Shown here piece after piece: positions 27,201 to 38,360 of a DNA stretch of 64,000 nucleotides. The translations under genes were made by a program, and so were the position numbers. Under the pieces are notes generated by a model. That model did not search any database. It had not been told where the DNA came from and was given only the letters and a program-made list of their open reading frames with translations. The number at the start of each line of letters is the position of its first letter. Positions within the stretch are counted from its first letter, which is position 1. The DNA lies in contig JAQGDQ010000076.1 of the NCBI GenBank assembly GCA_030141605.1, positions 310,001-374,000 on the forward strand, written 5' to 3'. Source of the DNA: Tubiluchus corallicola. Taxonomy: Eukaryota; Animalia; Priapulida.

Positions 27201-30200
27201 TTCCTATTAAAATTAATTATAGTTTTGACGTTTCTAATTTTGAAAGCAGAAAATATAGAAAGGTAGGAGAGCTATTAAGAAGGACTGAAGATGGGATAAC
27301 GACGACAATGTCCGGATTAATCTAGAAAAATAAAGAAAAAGAGAAAATCTAAATCTTATTAAACTGCTTTTATATTTCAGAACAAAATATGCATAACGCT
27401 TAGCAGAATGTAGTAGTTCACGGTGTGTATTTAACCTGCATAATTTATCATTTTAATGTTTCAGCAAATTTAAACTCAGCAATGAATAAAAACAAAATTA
27501 AAATCGAAGTTAATTTAATTATAAGCCAAGGCTAATAAAGTCTTTATTATTACAGTCTCGTAACTTAACTTTTATGATTTCACTTCACTTAAAGTAAACA
27601 TATACACGATTTTATCGCAATTACTGCACAGGAAAAAATATTACATTTTACGTAATAGGTTTCACAAAATAACAAAATACATTATAAGCAAAAAGCTACA
27701 TGTGGACTATCAAACTGACACGTGTCAAATAGTCCATGTATACAGAACCGTATAGCTTATATAAACTTTACGAAGAGACCAATTAACAGCCGATGCATAT
27801 CAGGTCAGGTGGTCAAGCCAGCATAAAACTTTATGTAAGAAAACCACGTAGGTAACATGTACAGATTATTTGTGAGCAACAGACACTATTAAGCAAATTA
27901 AATGTATATAAAGTAAAAGAAAAGATTTTGAAGGAACAAAGCTGCAATGCTAATCAAAATATAAAATGAAAAATAACAACAAAACCCAGAATTGAACTCA
28001 CGACCTATGCGTCGAGACAACTTGTGTGATTTAGAAAAGTAAACTTTTTTATTTTCTTTTTTGTTAACTCACTTTCGAAATTAATATTTTTTAATGAATT
28101 CATGGGAGTTTATAGGCATTATTTCATTTCTAAAATTTATTAAAAGCCTTTGCAGTGCATACTAAGCTGATGCTTCATACCTTTGCATTAGTAATACTTC
28201 ATCAGTCGGTTAATAGTTTCAGTCGGCTAATTTTGTCAAAACAGCTCCATCTCAAAGTAAGTCTATTAAGCGGCGCCTATTATATTTGTGTACTAGTATA
28301 CTAGCTTAGGTATTTTAGACAATGTGTAGCCGATTATGTGTCACACAGATTTGCCAGAAATAGGTGTTCAGTGATTTGCTTTTACTAGTTTGGGCATTCT
28401 AAGATCATTTTATTCTTAGTTTCAATTTTTAAGTTCTTCTGACTTGTTTCTGCAAATAAGTTAATATTAGAGAAGTTACTTGGCTAAGTTAGGTGTAATT
28501 GCAAAAAATTACTCAAGTTGTAGAGCAAGAAAACTATGGGTAATATAAATATGATCACTAGTAGTATTTGTGTGACTATACAATCTACCAAATGGCTATC
28601 ATTGGTACCGTGTTTCAGCCTCCTCCACTAACGCCTGATGATGCAAAGCAGGCTCAGAAGTTGGGCGATGCTTTTGGGAGAATTGCTGGTGATGACATGG
28701 AAATTGACTATTTGGGGTTGAAGGAAGTTTTAGATACAGTGTTAGTGAAAGGTTTGTATTCGTTGGCTAGACCCACTAAATACTCATAAAGAAATGAAAT
28801 TAGTTACAGTTGAACCTAGGCTTCATTAAGCTATACTTACAGTTGTTTGCATTGAAAAATAAAGTTAGTGAATTTTTGTATAGACCTTCATTGTTTATTG
28901 TTTGCATGCAATCTTACCCACACAGATTTTGCGTTTCCCATGTAAGAATTCAAATTTAAAATCCCTTGTCACTACTACATGCAACTAATTTAAAAGCTGG
29001 TAGTGCAAATAAAAGTTGAAGCGAGTTCTGTTAATACATTTATGTTTTACAAAAAGGTGGGCAAAAAATGTAGCACAGATCTTGTTCTGGTTATTCATGT
29101 AATACAATACTCTGTTATTTACTCATTGTGAGGCAAACAGTGCATATTCGAAATTTTCATGAAAACTTGGTTACTACGACAAGCACAAATGTCTTATATC
29201 CTTCTTAACAGCTAGCAGATTGCCATCATTTTGGGAGCAGTAAGCAAAGACTGAGTATGTTCTTGCATTATTTCCATGATTTTATGAACAGAAAGCAAAG
29301 ACTATCTAGAATATTCACGCATTGTTGATTATCAGACAGTGGACAGATTTGTTAGTAATTGTCATTTCATGCCATTCTAAGATTGTGTAAAATATTTTTT
29401 GTTGCAGTTGTTTTGGCGTGAGTGGTGTGATATGGGGTGTTTTTTTTAATATTGTGATGTTGCAATGGAGCACTGTTGCTGAAAAATTATTGAATGGTTT
29501 AACAGAACCGACAGAAAGGCATCGCCCGAAACATAGCATGTTACTAAACATAGCATGTACATTTCGTAAATGCATTTGTGCAAAGCACATGCGTGTGCAC
29601 GGCCGTAGCTCGGCTTCTAGTTTGGAAAGAGGGTTTTAACTTGGCTTGTGATGCAGCTACGAAGCTGAAATTTAGCACAAAAATGCTTTGTCATGATAGC
29701 AATTCATAACTCTAAGCCGATGCGAATCATAACAGAAAAACTCAGTAAATAAGTAATTCAGTGCTTGGCATCCCGGACAAGTTGGTCATATGACTGTTAT
29801 CAAATGTGTTTTTTTTCCAGAGTTTCAAAGTTTTAACGGCTTTAGCTCAGAGTGCTGTAGGAGTATGGTCGCTATGGTGGATGTATCCTGGATTTATCAC
29901 GTTACGTATAATTAGTGTAAATAGTTTTAAAGTACTAATTTTAGGTTTGGTTTAGATTGCCTATTAACGAAAGTGTAATAAGTTCCACATATAATTAACT
30001 GTAATTGCTAGATTTTGGAAAATTTCTGCAAGCAAAATCTGCACGATGCAATAAAATGAAACAGTGGTAAATTGGGGTTTAAGCACTGTTATAGTGTTGT
30101 CATGGTTCTGTTAGTTTAACGTAATTAGTTTTAATTCATTTGTATTTTCTAGCACAGTGTTGATTTAATACTTTGAATGGATGGCTGCCGTGTTGTAGGC

Positions 30201-33200
30201 ATGCAGTACATTCTTTCTACTGATGCTGGCTGTTTGTCCCACTGAGTGAATCCAGACTTGGTAAAGACATCTGACAGTTCAGTATCTCATTTTAGAGAAT
30301 GCCTCTTTATAATTAGCCAGAGTCAGACTCTGTCATGGTGATCTATTTTAAGTAATGAATGAGTGCTATACATTTCTAAATGCTAAATATTTTTTTGCGA
30401 GCTAAATATGCCCACATTGCTCTGCCATCATTCTACTGTTTTGTTTTTATGCCAAGATAATTATTATGCAGCCTTAACATGTTTCTTAGACAGAACATAC
30501 GGGCAAAGTTGGACTAAACGAATTTTGGAAACTGTGGCGAATCTTACGCTTGTGGAAGGTATACATCTTTATAGTCTTGAAGTTTTTGTAATTAAAGTAT
30601 TGGCAATACTTGCTGCTAAAAGATCTTTGCATTTAAAGCAAAAATTATATTTATTTATTGAGTAAGCTTGTCTCTGTTAAGAAGAAACGAAATAAGTTTG
30701 TTGCAAACATACATATTTCTTTTAGTGTTTATATATGAAAAGGACATATATCAAAAGAACTGCAAACTTATCAAGGCAACACACATTATACATAACATCA
30801 TTTAACTCACATCAGAAGGGACCTGGCCGGAATCAGGGTTTTTTACCGCTCTTCCTCTACGCTCAAGTCCAACCAGTCACTTCCAAGCATAGAGCATTGC
30901 ATGAATAGTAATAACATGAAAGCTTTATATCTCTCCTACAACAAACTGCATGAGCATGAACGCAGTAGTCATAGTAGATTAGCTATTGGTTAACAAAAGT
31001 TGTATGAATTAAATTCATTCCCAGTTCAACAGTGAACTTGCACAATATACATCAAGTCACGATTACTTCAGAATATACACTCATCAACTTTCAGCAGGAC
31101 TGATATAGAGTATTTCCTACCTGACACACTCTCAATCAGTTTAGGTGTTCTTAACTTAAACCGTAGAATTAATCCTTGAAACCTGATTAACAAAAATTTA
31201 TCCAGAGAAAGTAAGTGTTATCATTTGAGAAAATATAATATCAACGCAAATTCTTTCCATCTATAATTAATTACATTCATTACGGAATACTTGTGCCTAA
31301 TTTTCTTCACCAACACAAAAGAAAACAGTATTGTTTAGTCTACTCTAATACAGACCAATTGCGAGTCGTTATCGTGTTAAGTTTTGCTATGCTAGTAGAT
31401 AGTTAAGTTTAAAAGTATACGCTTCATTTTTTTCCTCAAAAATGTATGGTAACTTGAATAATCTAATTTAAATATCTAGCTTAAATAAACTCCTTAATAA
31501 GTACGGCATCGGTTTAGTTTAGTTTACTTTTTCGACTAGAGTACTATATTTCTCTTTTCCACTTTGCAGACTATCTTTAACGATCATGATAAAGATTATT
31601 CAGGCTCACTAAGTACGTTTGAATTGAGACAAGCCCTACGTTCTGCTGGTAAGTTTTTTGCATGTAGGACTGTCACCTGGCGCGTGAAATTGCTGTAATG
31701 ATCCTTGTAATGTAGTAATGCAAAAAAATGAACACTTCCTGTTAAATAGAATGCAGTACATATTGAGAGAAATATTTTAATAGCTGTACATTTTATAAAT
31801 TTGATTGCTTTAATGCGTTAACGGTAATTTATTGCATGCTGTGACAAATACATTTGTTCTGATGTTGTTCATAATGAATTTGCTTTTGTTCTGCACTTTC
31901 AATTTGCATCGTATTGCTTGCTACTGTTTTTACATTTGCATTTAAGCCTTTACTATATTAATTCTTCTGTTTGCTTTTTATTTCTCCAGGTTATCGACTT
32001 GGCTCAGACATCTGTAAGACAATTGTACTGAGATATGGCAATTTTAAGAATGAGATCAACTTTGATGACTTTTTACTCTGTGCTGTAAAACTAAAGACAC
32101 TTGAGAGTAAGCATGTAGAGGCTAGTTAGTTTGAGTAACTACTAAGCATGTAATTTACCTGAGCAATCTTCATATTTTTTTACTTAGTATAGTGAATTCT
32201 GCATTTTTGGATTTGTTTTTAGCGATTCATTAAAGTTCATAAGAATTTTCAAATTTATGATATTTTATTGATAAGGTAAAGTTTAAATGACAGAATAGTT
32301 TGCTCGAAAAATGCTGTGTTCATTTTGCATGTAAATTTGTTTTATTTTTTAATTTTGACTTTAGTGTGATAAGATAGTAAAATATTTTGTTTCTTTTTTT
32401 AGCCAAATACGAGGTTTTGAAACCGGCAGACGTGAGCCTTGAAGAGGTATGGACTCCACATTGTCAGTGTGCTGCCATCGCTTAGGCTTTTTGGCTGGCG
32501 TAGACTTTTGCAGACCGTTTTTGTTGTTTTTATTCCAGGTTTCAACTTTGAACTGCAGCCACATCTGGGTCGATGTGTTAGCTTGTTACCTTATTCCACA
32601 GGGATTGACCGCAAAGTCACATTGTCATGTTGGTTGTGTCTGATGCTGTGGTGTCCACCCTGCAGTTCCTTGCTTATCAAAGACCAGTTGCTACGTTAAG
32701 CCTTTTGTTGCTTTTTACTGTTACTATACGGCAAGGTTTGAGTTCTTAAGACGGGTTTTATTTGCCGAACGTTTAGTCTTGGTACCTATTTTGCTGTTGC
32801 TTCTCAATGTTTTACTGTTCGCCGTTCCTACAAGCAGAACAGCTGGAAATAAACCCAGTTTCCTTGGGCATCTTCTCTGCAAAATTCCGTACAAGAAAAT
32901 TGCTTCCTTGCTAACTACAATTTTTCCTGCTTCAAGAAGACTGTTAGCAAATACTACCTATTATAATAAAAGGAAATTTACAACAAGAATTCTGTTTTTC
33001 TGAGCCTTTATTCATATTTCTATCTTTTTACTGTGACTCAAATATAGCCTTTGACCTTGATTGGGTGACTTTGTTAAAAAAAGTGTGATTTCATGATACT
33101 TACTTATTTCTTTTTATTCTGTAGTAACGTGCTTTTTTTGTTTTTGTTTTGTAGTGTTTTTATTTTTGTTGTACTTTGTGAGGAAACTGCTGTATTGTTA

Positions 33201-35463
33201 TTAAGTACCATTTTACACTTCTTTTTTATGCACATCATTGGACTGCTAACTAGCATCCAGCATTGAATTGAAGGGCCTCCTCAATGCGATGTTTGTGGCA
33301 GAGTCTGAAAATAATAATTATAAGATATTGTCGTCATCGTTGTTGTCATTGTCATCATTATCTTCATCCTAATAGTTTTTATTGCTAATTTCTTTTGCTT
33401 TTTTTCAGTAAACGTTTTGCATCAGTTCGTTCTTTGGTAATGATATACGTATATTAGATAGAAACACTGTAACATACTGTTACAAAGTTACGTATTACAA
33501 AATACTGTTACATGAGTATAAGCTAGTAAATAAATGCCTTTTGATGTGCATGTTTGCTTTCATGATAAGGAATGTGCTGCTCTTTGTAATGGGAAAGCTG
33601 TCATGGCTATGTTTATACACAAAAGCGTCCAGCTTCCAATGACTAAAGTCTTGCTGCTGGTTTCTAGCATTCAGTATTCTCTGGGTGTTAGGCTGTCCAC
33701 TAGTAGTCTGGCAAGTGGCATCCAGTTTCCGTGTTCTTTTGCAGAAAAACGGAAAAGAACGATGATCAATTGATTTTGCAGTGCTTTCATTTTTTCGTTG
33801 TTTATAACGTAATAATTTATTGGGAAGGACATCATGATCACAGACCCATTCGTTATTGCCTGGTGGTGATCTCTCTCTAATGATTAAGATTGATATTAAC
33901 GGAATTTATTGCCGACCTGTTTCGAATAAAACTGTTCATTGTCAAGTCATCTAAAACAAAGAAATTTACCAGAATTTAGAAACAACATGGACATACAATT
34001 CAGCAGTTAATAGCCAAAACATACATAATATAATATTAAATAGATAATTTAACAATTTGCCTTACAGGCCACATATCTTGATTGGTATGAAACTATGTAA
34101 CACTCCACAAACAAACAAACGTTTATGTTAGTAGTAACAGAACTGGAGCTGCCATTTTATTACTAAATTCCACAAATCACAATGCACTGTTGGTGTTGTA
34201 CAAACTCAAGTAAAATTCTGGTACATTTCTTTGTTTTAGATGCTTTGATAATTGTTCGAAACCACTCACCAATAAATTCCATTTTGATGTAGTTACATTT
34301 ATTCGCCAAATTAAATATTAACGATTTGGAATATTGCCTAGCAATTTTAATAACAGCAAATGTATTTTTCCGGCTATAATTTTTGACAATCGTAGTAATA
34401 TTGTATTGATTAGCTATACATTATTTTAGCATTGTATCATTAACGTATCAGTGTACGTATGTGTATTTATAATTAAGTAAAACTCACCTGCAACTAGAGG
34501 CCCATTTATGTACATATGCATTTTAAAATAAAAGACTGATCATCATCAATAATTGCTGGTGAGAAACACTGGATGCAGGACACCAAATGCTCAAACAAAT
34601 AGGAATAGCTTCTATTTTCCAGCATCCGTCTTTCAGTGTCCACAACCATAATCTTTGGTTTCGTTAGTTACTCACAATATATACCTTATATTTCTCGCTT
34701 CTGGATGCTTAGGTGGGGATGGCAGATGCTAGACACTTTGATGTATCACAATCATGAATCATTAATTACTAACCAGCCATCTACACTTTTTGTTCATATG
34801 TTTAAACTACTTAGGATATGTTAAGGCTATTGGCACTATTATTATAGAGAAATTCTTTATAAATGGCTTCATAAGTTTAATAGAATGATACATATCATAT
34901 GCATGAAATACATAGTAATGTAGCTAGAACAAGTAAGAATGTAGCAAAGCTGTGCGTAAAGTACCAATAGACCAATAACTTGTCATTTTGCTAAGAGATC
35001 TTTCATGGCTCCTAAATCGAAAGGCCCTGGCCAAACTGCCGTGTGCTACCATGTCTTAAGACAGCCTTCCCCGCAGTTAATTATTCTAACAATAGTAAGA
35101 ATTGATTGTGCCGAACAACTGGACACTGATTATGAGCTGAACTATGACAGTCAACTCGTTTCCCAAAACTTGCAAATATTAAGTATTTTAATATGTTCTT
35201 TGTGCATTTGTGTATGTGCCTGAACTTTTGAAAGCTAACAAAGTGAATGTCTATAATTGTACAAAATGTTTTTGTTATTTTTAAAAAATAATGTCATTAT
35301 AATTATGATCATCATCACCTTCGTCCTTACAGATTTTATTGCTCATTTCTTTTGCTTTTGTCAGTAAACATTTTTGAAAGCTAGCAAAGTAAATGTTTTT
35401 AATTGTTCTATAAAGTGTTTTTTCTTATTTTTTCAGTGGCTGGAAGCATCTCTCTACTGTTAA
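5732..35463 (+). CDS. Classical calpain (CysPc + C2-like domain III + penta-EF-hand), 20 coding exons, about 746 aa
   Basis: join(5732-5779,7013-7213,7699-7821,10233-10302,11595-11850,13090-13258,14311-14391,18501-18598,20369-20446,20881-21044,21597-21760,23520-23737,24453-24492,28619-28751,29821-29882,30490-30558,31570-31648,31990-32106,32403-32446,35437-35463). All introns GT-AG with consistent phases; total 2241 nt. Motifs: [16 protein letters not shown] (Cys), GHAYSV (His), RNPWG (Asn), [43 protein letters not shown]. The first two exons are the least certain. Confidence 0.93.
6163..6228. repeat. (TA)n-(GA)n compound microsatellite
   Basis: Direct reading. Confidence 0.95.
7013..7213 (+). 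CDS. Calpain exon 2 (N-terminal extension)
   Basis: ttttccttgaag acceptor, 67 open codons, GTAAGT donor; ends KSYD, joining to DLKQELL. Confidence 0.75.
7699..7821 (+). CDS. Calpain exon 3
   Basis: [41 protein letters not shown]. Confidence 0.9.
8130..8930. repeat. Degenerate tandem array, about 140 bp unit, about 6 copies
   Basis: Palindromic ccatcttgaattcaagatggc-like node recurs near 8170, 8312, 8453, 8596, 8713 and 8856; partial copy near 9360-9450. Confidence 0.75.
10233..10302 (+). CDS. Calpain exon 4
   Basis: [24 protein letters not shown]. Confidence 0.92.
11595..11850 (+). CDS. Calpain exon 5 (catalytic Cys)
   Basis: [12 protein letters not shown]...[11 protein letters not shown]...[13 protein letters not shown]. 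Confidence 0.95.
13090..13258 (+). CDS. Calpain exon 6
   Basis: [23 protein letters not shown]...GCSVD. Confidence 0.95.
14311..14391 (+). CDS. Calpain exon 7 (catalytic His)
   Basis: [27 protein letters not shown]. Confidence 0.92.
15283..17867 (+). mobile_element. P-superfamily DNA transposon, internally deleted (2585 bp), in calpain intron 7
   Basis: TIR CAAGGACTACTATACAACAGGACG perfect for 24 bp and extending imperfectly to about 63 bp; perfect 8-bp TSD GTCTGCTG (15275-15282 / 17868-17875); encodes a THAP-domain transposase remnant. Confidence 0.92.
15706..17485 (+). pseudogene. THAP-domain P-element-like transposase with internal deletion and frameshift
   Basis: [10 protein letters not shown]...W...CEKHW...P is a THAP C2CH zinc finger; LPSKRNL motif; [17 protein letters not shown] resembles the P/THAP9 third-catalytic-residue motif; AYVAGW...SRGGLTVP C-terminal domain lies in another frame after about 16875; the central core is missing near 16615. 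Confidence 0.85.
18501..18598 (+). CDS. Calpain exon 8 (catalytic Asn)
   Basis: [20 protein letters not shown]. Confidence 0.93.
19189..19599. mobile_element. Tc1/mariner-superfamily (pogo-like) MITE
   Basis: TA-CACTCACATCTCGGTTTGCCG ... CGGCAAACCGAAATATGAGTG-TA (19/21 TIR match); internal repeated gtccgaat motifs. Confidence 0.7.
19720..20226. mobile_element. pogo/Tigger-like MITE (507 bp)
   Basis: TIR CAGTGGCCGCCGCTTATTRTGGACAC (25/26), TA TSD on both sides, repeated subterminal tta.trtggaca motifs. Confidence 0.9.
20369..20446 (+). CDS. Calpain exon 9
   Basis: [26 protein letters not shown]. Confidence 0.92.
20881..21044 (+). CDS. Calpain exon 10
   Basis: [10 protein letters not shown]...[14 protein letters not shown]. 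Confidence 0.93.
21081..21539. mobile_element. Tc2-like (Tc1/mariner superfamily) MITE (459 bp)
   Basis: Perfect 23-bp TIR CCGTATATACTCGCATATAAGCC, TA TSD, internal gggtcggcttata repeats. Confidence 0.9.
21597..21760 (+). CDS. Calpain exon 11 (C2-like domain)
   Basis: [21 protein letters not shown]...ALMQK...IGFAIYE. Confidence 0.93.
23520..23737 (+). CDS. Calpain exon 12
   Basis: [41 protein letters not shown]. Confidence 0.93.
24453..24492 (+). CDS. Calpain exon 13 (linker)
   Basis: [13 protein letters not shown]; ttttcag acceptor and GTGAGT donor, phases fit. Confidence 0.8.
24494..24660. repeat. Degenerate minisatellite, about 40 bp unit, with a further copy near 25165-25220
   Basis: Repeating gcatagttgaatcccaca.a.cttg.tt..atttcacag motif. 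Confidence 0.6.
26456..28373. mobile_element. Old non-autonomous element with long imperfect TIRs (about 1.9 kb)
   Basis: About 75 bp inverted match between 26456-26529 and about 28300-28373 (aaatctgtgtgaca...cgg.tacacatt.gtcta.aat.cctaa.ctagta); CAC...GTG ends; no TSD resolved. Confidence 0.65.
28619..28751 (+). CDS. Calpain exon 14 (EF-1)
   Basis: [21 protein letters not shown]. Confidence 0.9.
29821..29882 (+). CDS. Calpain exon 15
   Basis: [17 protein letters not shown] followed by a GTATCCT donor. Confidence 0.9.
29883..30489 (+). other. U12-type (minor spliceosome) GT-AG intron
   Basis: 5' site GTATCCT; branch site CCTTAAC at 30472-30478, about 10 nt before the AG; short pyrimidine tract. 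Confidence 0.85.
30490..30558 (+). CDS. Calpain exon 16 (EF-2)
   Basis: [23 protein letters not shown]. Confidence 0.9.
31570..31648 (+). CDS. Calpain exon 17 (EF-3)
   Basis: [26 protein letters not shown]. Confidence 0.92.
31990..32106 (+). CDS. Calpain exon 18 (EF-4)
   Basis: [37 protein letters not shown]. Confidence 0.9.
32403..32446 (+). CDS. Calpain exon 19
   Basis: [14 protein letters not shown]; polyT-AG acceptor and GTATG donor, phases fit. Confidence 0.7.
33901..34280. repeat. Inverted repeat pair (about 75 bp arms), possible Penelope-type terminal-repeat relic
   Basis: 33901-33977 versus 34213-34280 share catctaaaacaaagaaat.taccagaattt, gtttcgaa and ggaatttattg in inverted orientation. 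Confidence 0.65.
35437..35463 (+). CDS. Calpain terminal exon (WLEASLYC*)
   Basis: Long pyrimidine tract plus CAG; matches the calpain C-terminal WL..T/S.Y pattern. Confidence 0.8.
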   Translation, partial: WLEASLYC

Positions 35464-38360
35464 ACCTCTTTAACATAGAAGTGCTATAAAAAGATATCGA
35501 AATTCTTGTGACAAAGACCAAATGATTGCAGCAAGCTGTTGTAAATTGTCGTATCCAATAATTGCTCACTTTTTATGTTAGACTATTTACATACGTACAT
35601 GTTTTCATATATTTTAGAAGCTCAATCCTAATTCATAACTGCCAAATGTGTTATTGGGAATAAGAGGTTTCAGTTTCAACTTGAGCTGATCAGAAACGTT
35701 GTTGAACACTTAAGAATTCCATCTAGTTTTATATTTTCCCAACGTTTTTAGTAAAGATATTAATATTTGCTAGTCTGACTGTATACATTCAATATCTACA
35801 GGTATGAGATTGCGTGGTGTTCCTTATGATAGTAAATGGATATTATTCCTTAGGATAATAAATTTGCTACTTTTACAGTTGATAACTTTTTCATTTGTTT
35901 GCTTTGTTGCTGCTGAGAAATTGATTCATGCATGCAGGGACTGGCCAAATAAATATATGTTGCCTGCATAGTTGGTCATCACGATTTAAATTCAGAAATT
36001 AGCACAATGATTGCGGTAAAATGGGTATTAGTCTTATTACAAACGCATCTTATTACAAACCAATTTAATATAATAGAAGTTAAATTCAAAAAGTTATGAA
36101 ATTCAGACGTATGAACATTAAGCGGAGCGGCATGCTGCAGAACAATACTACTGTAGGTCCCACAAGTAGACACCCATGTTTTCTGTAAAACCACAACCAA
36201 GCCCTATGTTCGGTATTGTGCGAAAATATGTAACACCTAATTAACAACGATTATGGCAAAACGACTCCAGAACAGGCTTGGCCTATTGTGAGCAGGTGTT
36301 ATAACGAGGTTAGCCTCACCCTGTGTTAGGCAACGGAAATATTCATTAGGGTAGCTTGCGTTAATAAATTTGCTCCAATGTGATTTTACTACATGTATAA
36401 TGTAATTTAATATTGTTCTAAGTCTACTTCAGTGTAATTTTAATTACTGTGGCTTTAACTTGCATTCTATTTTAAGGTGATTTTATACTAAGCAATGTGG
36501 TTTTCAATTGCATTCTATTTTTAATTAGATTGTTTTTAACTAACATGGTTTTAGTATGACTTTATAAATCATGCTTCTCAAGCTGAGATTAATAAATGAT
36601 GGATGTTTCTGATGTGATGTGGATCGTGGTAAATTTAATTTAAGTTAATTTAAACTTAGTAACGTAAAACTATTCTGCGTTATTGTCTACAGCCCGCCTA
36701 TGCTCATCCCGAGTACGTATAATGCAACAGCTCAGCAGTGTGCTTAACCGCCGCAAGAGCTACCTAGCGGTGAACAAACGCCGCTTTTGTTATCAGTTAA
36801 TCATGTAGTGGCCGGTTTCACCGTGCACGATATTCTTTCATAACTATGGTTTGTCACAGTGGCTATAGGTGCCTATGCCAACTCTGACCTTCATTTTAGT
36901 GGCCTAGAACTGTCCCCTGCACAAATGTCATGCCGTAAACAAAACAGAGAGGATTGTTCATATTCAGGAAAGATTGGTAACGTAAGGCAAAACTAAAAAT
37001 CTTACGCTTACATAATTAGCTATACTAACACCCGAAATGAATATTGTTTCGTAGGCGCAGAATTTTTGAAAACAATATTGTTTAGTAAGCACCTGTCTAT
37101 ATGCTCTTCGATCGAAATATAAAATAATGGAAAAGAAATGACGTAAACAAAAAGTAAAGATTAATGTAAATATTTTGATGTACACTCGCGAAATCAAGAC
37201 CACAGACAATTTCTCCAGTATCGCGTAAGACTTGCTTTGAGACTGCGTTTGAATCAAACGATTGTGATCATGTCTCGAGCAAAGCAGTATTTATACAAGA
37301 GCTGGCTGTGTATGTGAATTCGTGTGTTACAATTTTATGAAAATTGTACTTTTGTACCACAAATGAATTCAAAACCTATATACATTATAGCCGAAAAACA
37401 ATGAAAATGCAAATGTGAAATTGCTCTGTTACTTTCATAGGCTGCAATTTAAACTTACTAAACGTATTCACTGTACCCGCCTGCAAACATACTTTCGCCT
37501 TTCGAAGAATATAGATCTGCAGTAGATATTGGATGTCCCCAGTGCATGGATTATTGATACCAGGATTTCCATGGATCCTGTATAAGCATGTAAATTATCC
37601 TGTTGTCAAAAAAGACTTCAGTCCAGGAAGTATCACAATGTGTGGCTAGGTGATTGTTGTAAAGTGGGTATCAGTCTCATTACAAACGTATTTGATATGG
37701 CGACACAAGTCGTTTGAAGTTCTAAAAAGGTATGGAAAGCTGTGTATACTATGAGTACGGTTGAAGAGACCTGGGAGTTGCCAATTTGGGGTGGGGGCCT
37801 ACCCCTATTTTGGGGATCAGGAGGATGGTTCAATGTGCTTTTAAATACACACGAAAAAAAACGCTGCACTTCTATCATTTTACATTTTATTTTAGTTTTC
37901 AGACGTGGGACTATCTTTCCCACAAGAGGCCTTTTGCATTTTCTTGTGGTGTACTTTGATCTAAAATTGCAATTTTTTTCTCAAATTAATAGCTAGCCCG
38001 TATCTTACAAAACTTGGTTAAACAATGTCACAATGACGATGAGGATAATGATAACAATGACGACAACAACAATACCCGTGTCGGCTGCAGCGGCAGAAAC
38101 AATAGTAACGACAACGGTGATGACGACCATATCATCATTAGCAGCAGCAATAACAACAACAAACATTAAATAGCAATGTGAAATCTGGAATTTTGTAACA
38201 ATACTAGAGCAGAAAAAAACTACTTTCTTTATTCACATTCACGAGAATTCAAGAAGAATTATAATTGATAGAATGAGAGTTAGACGTGCAGCAGAGATAT
38301 TGCATTTCTATTTATTTGACAGACGTTACATATAATAGGAACATAACACCCACAGTTGTC

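Noticed and set aside
32223-32275. Alternative calpain exon 19 candidate (AG...AG/GTAAA)
   Set aside because: Stop codon in the required frame (ACG ATT CAT TAA)
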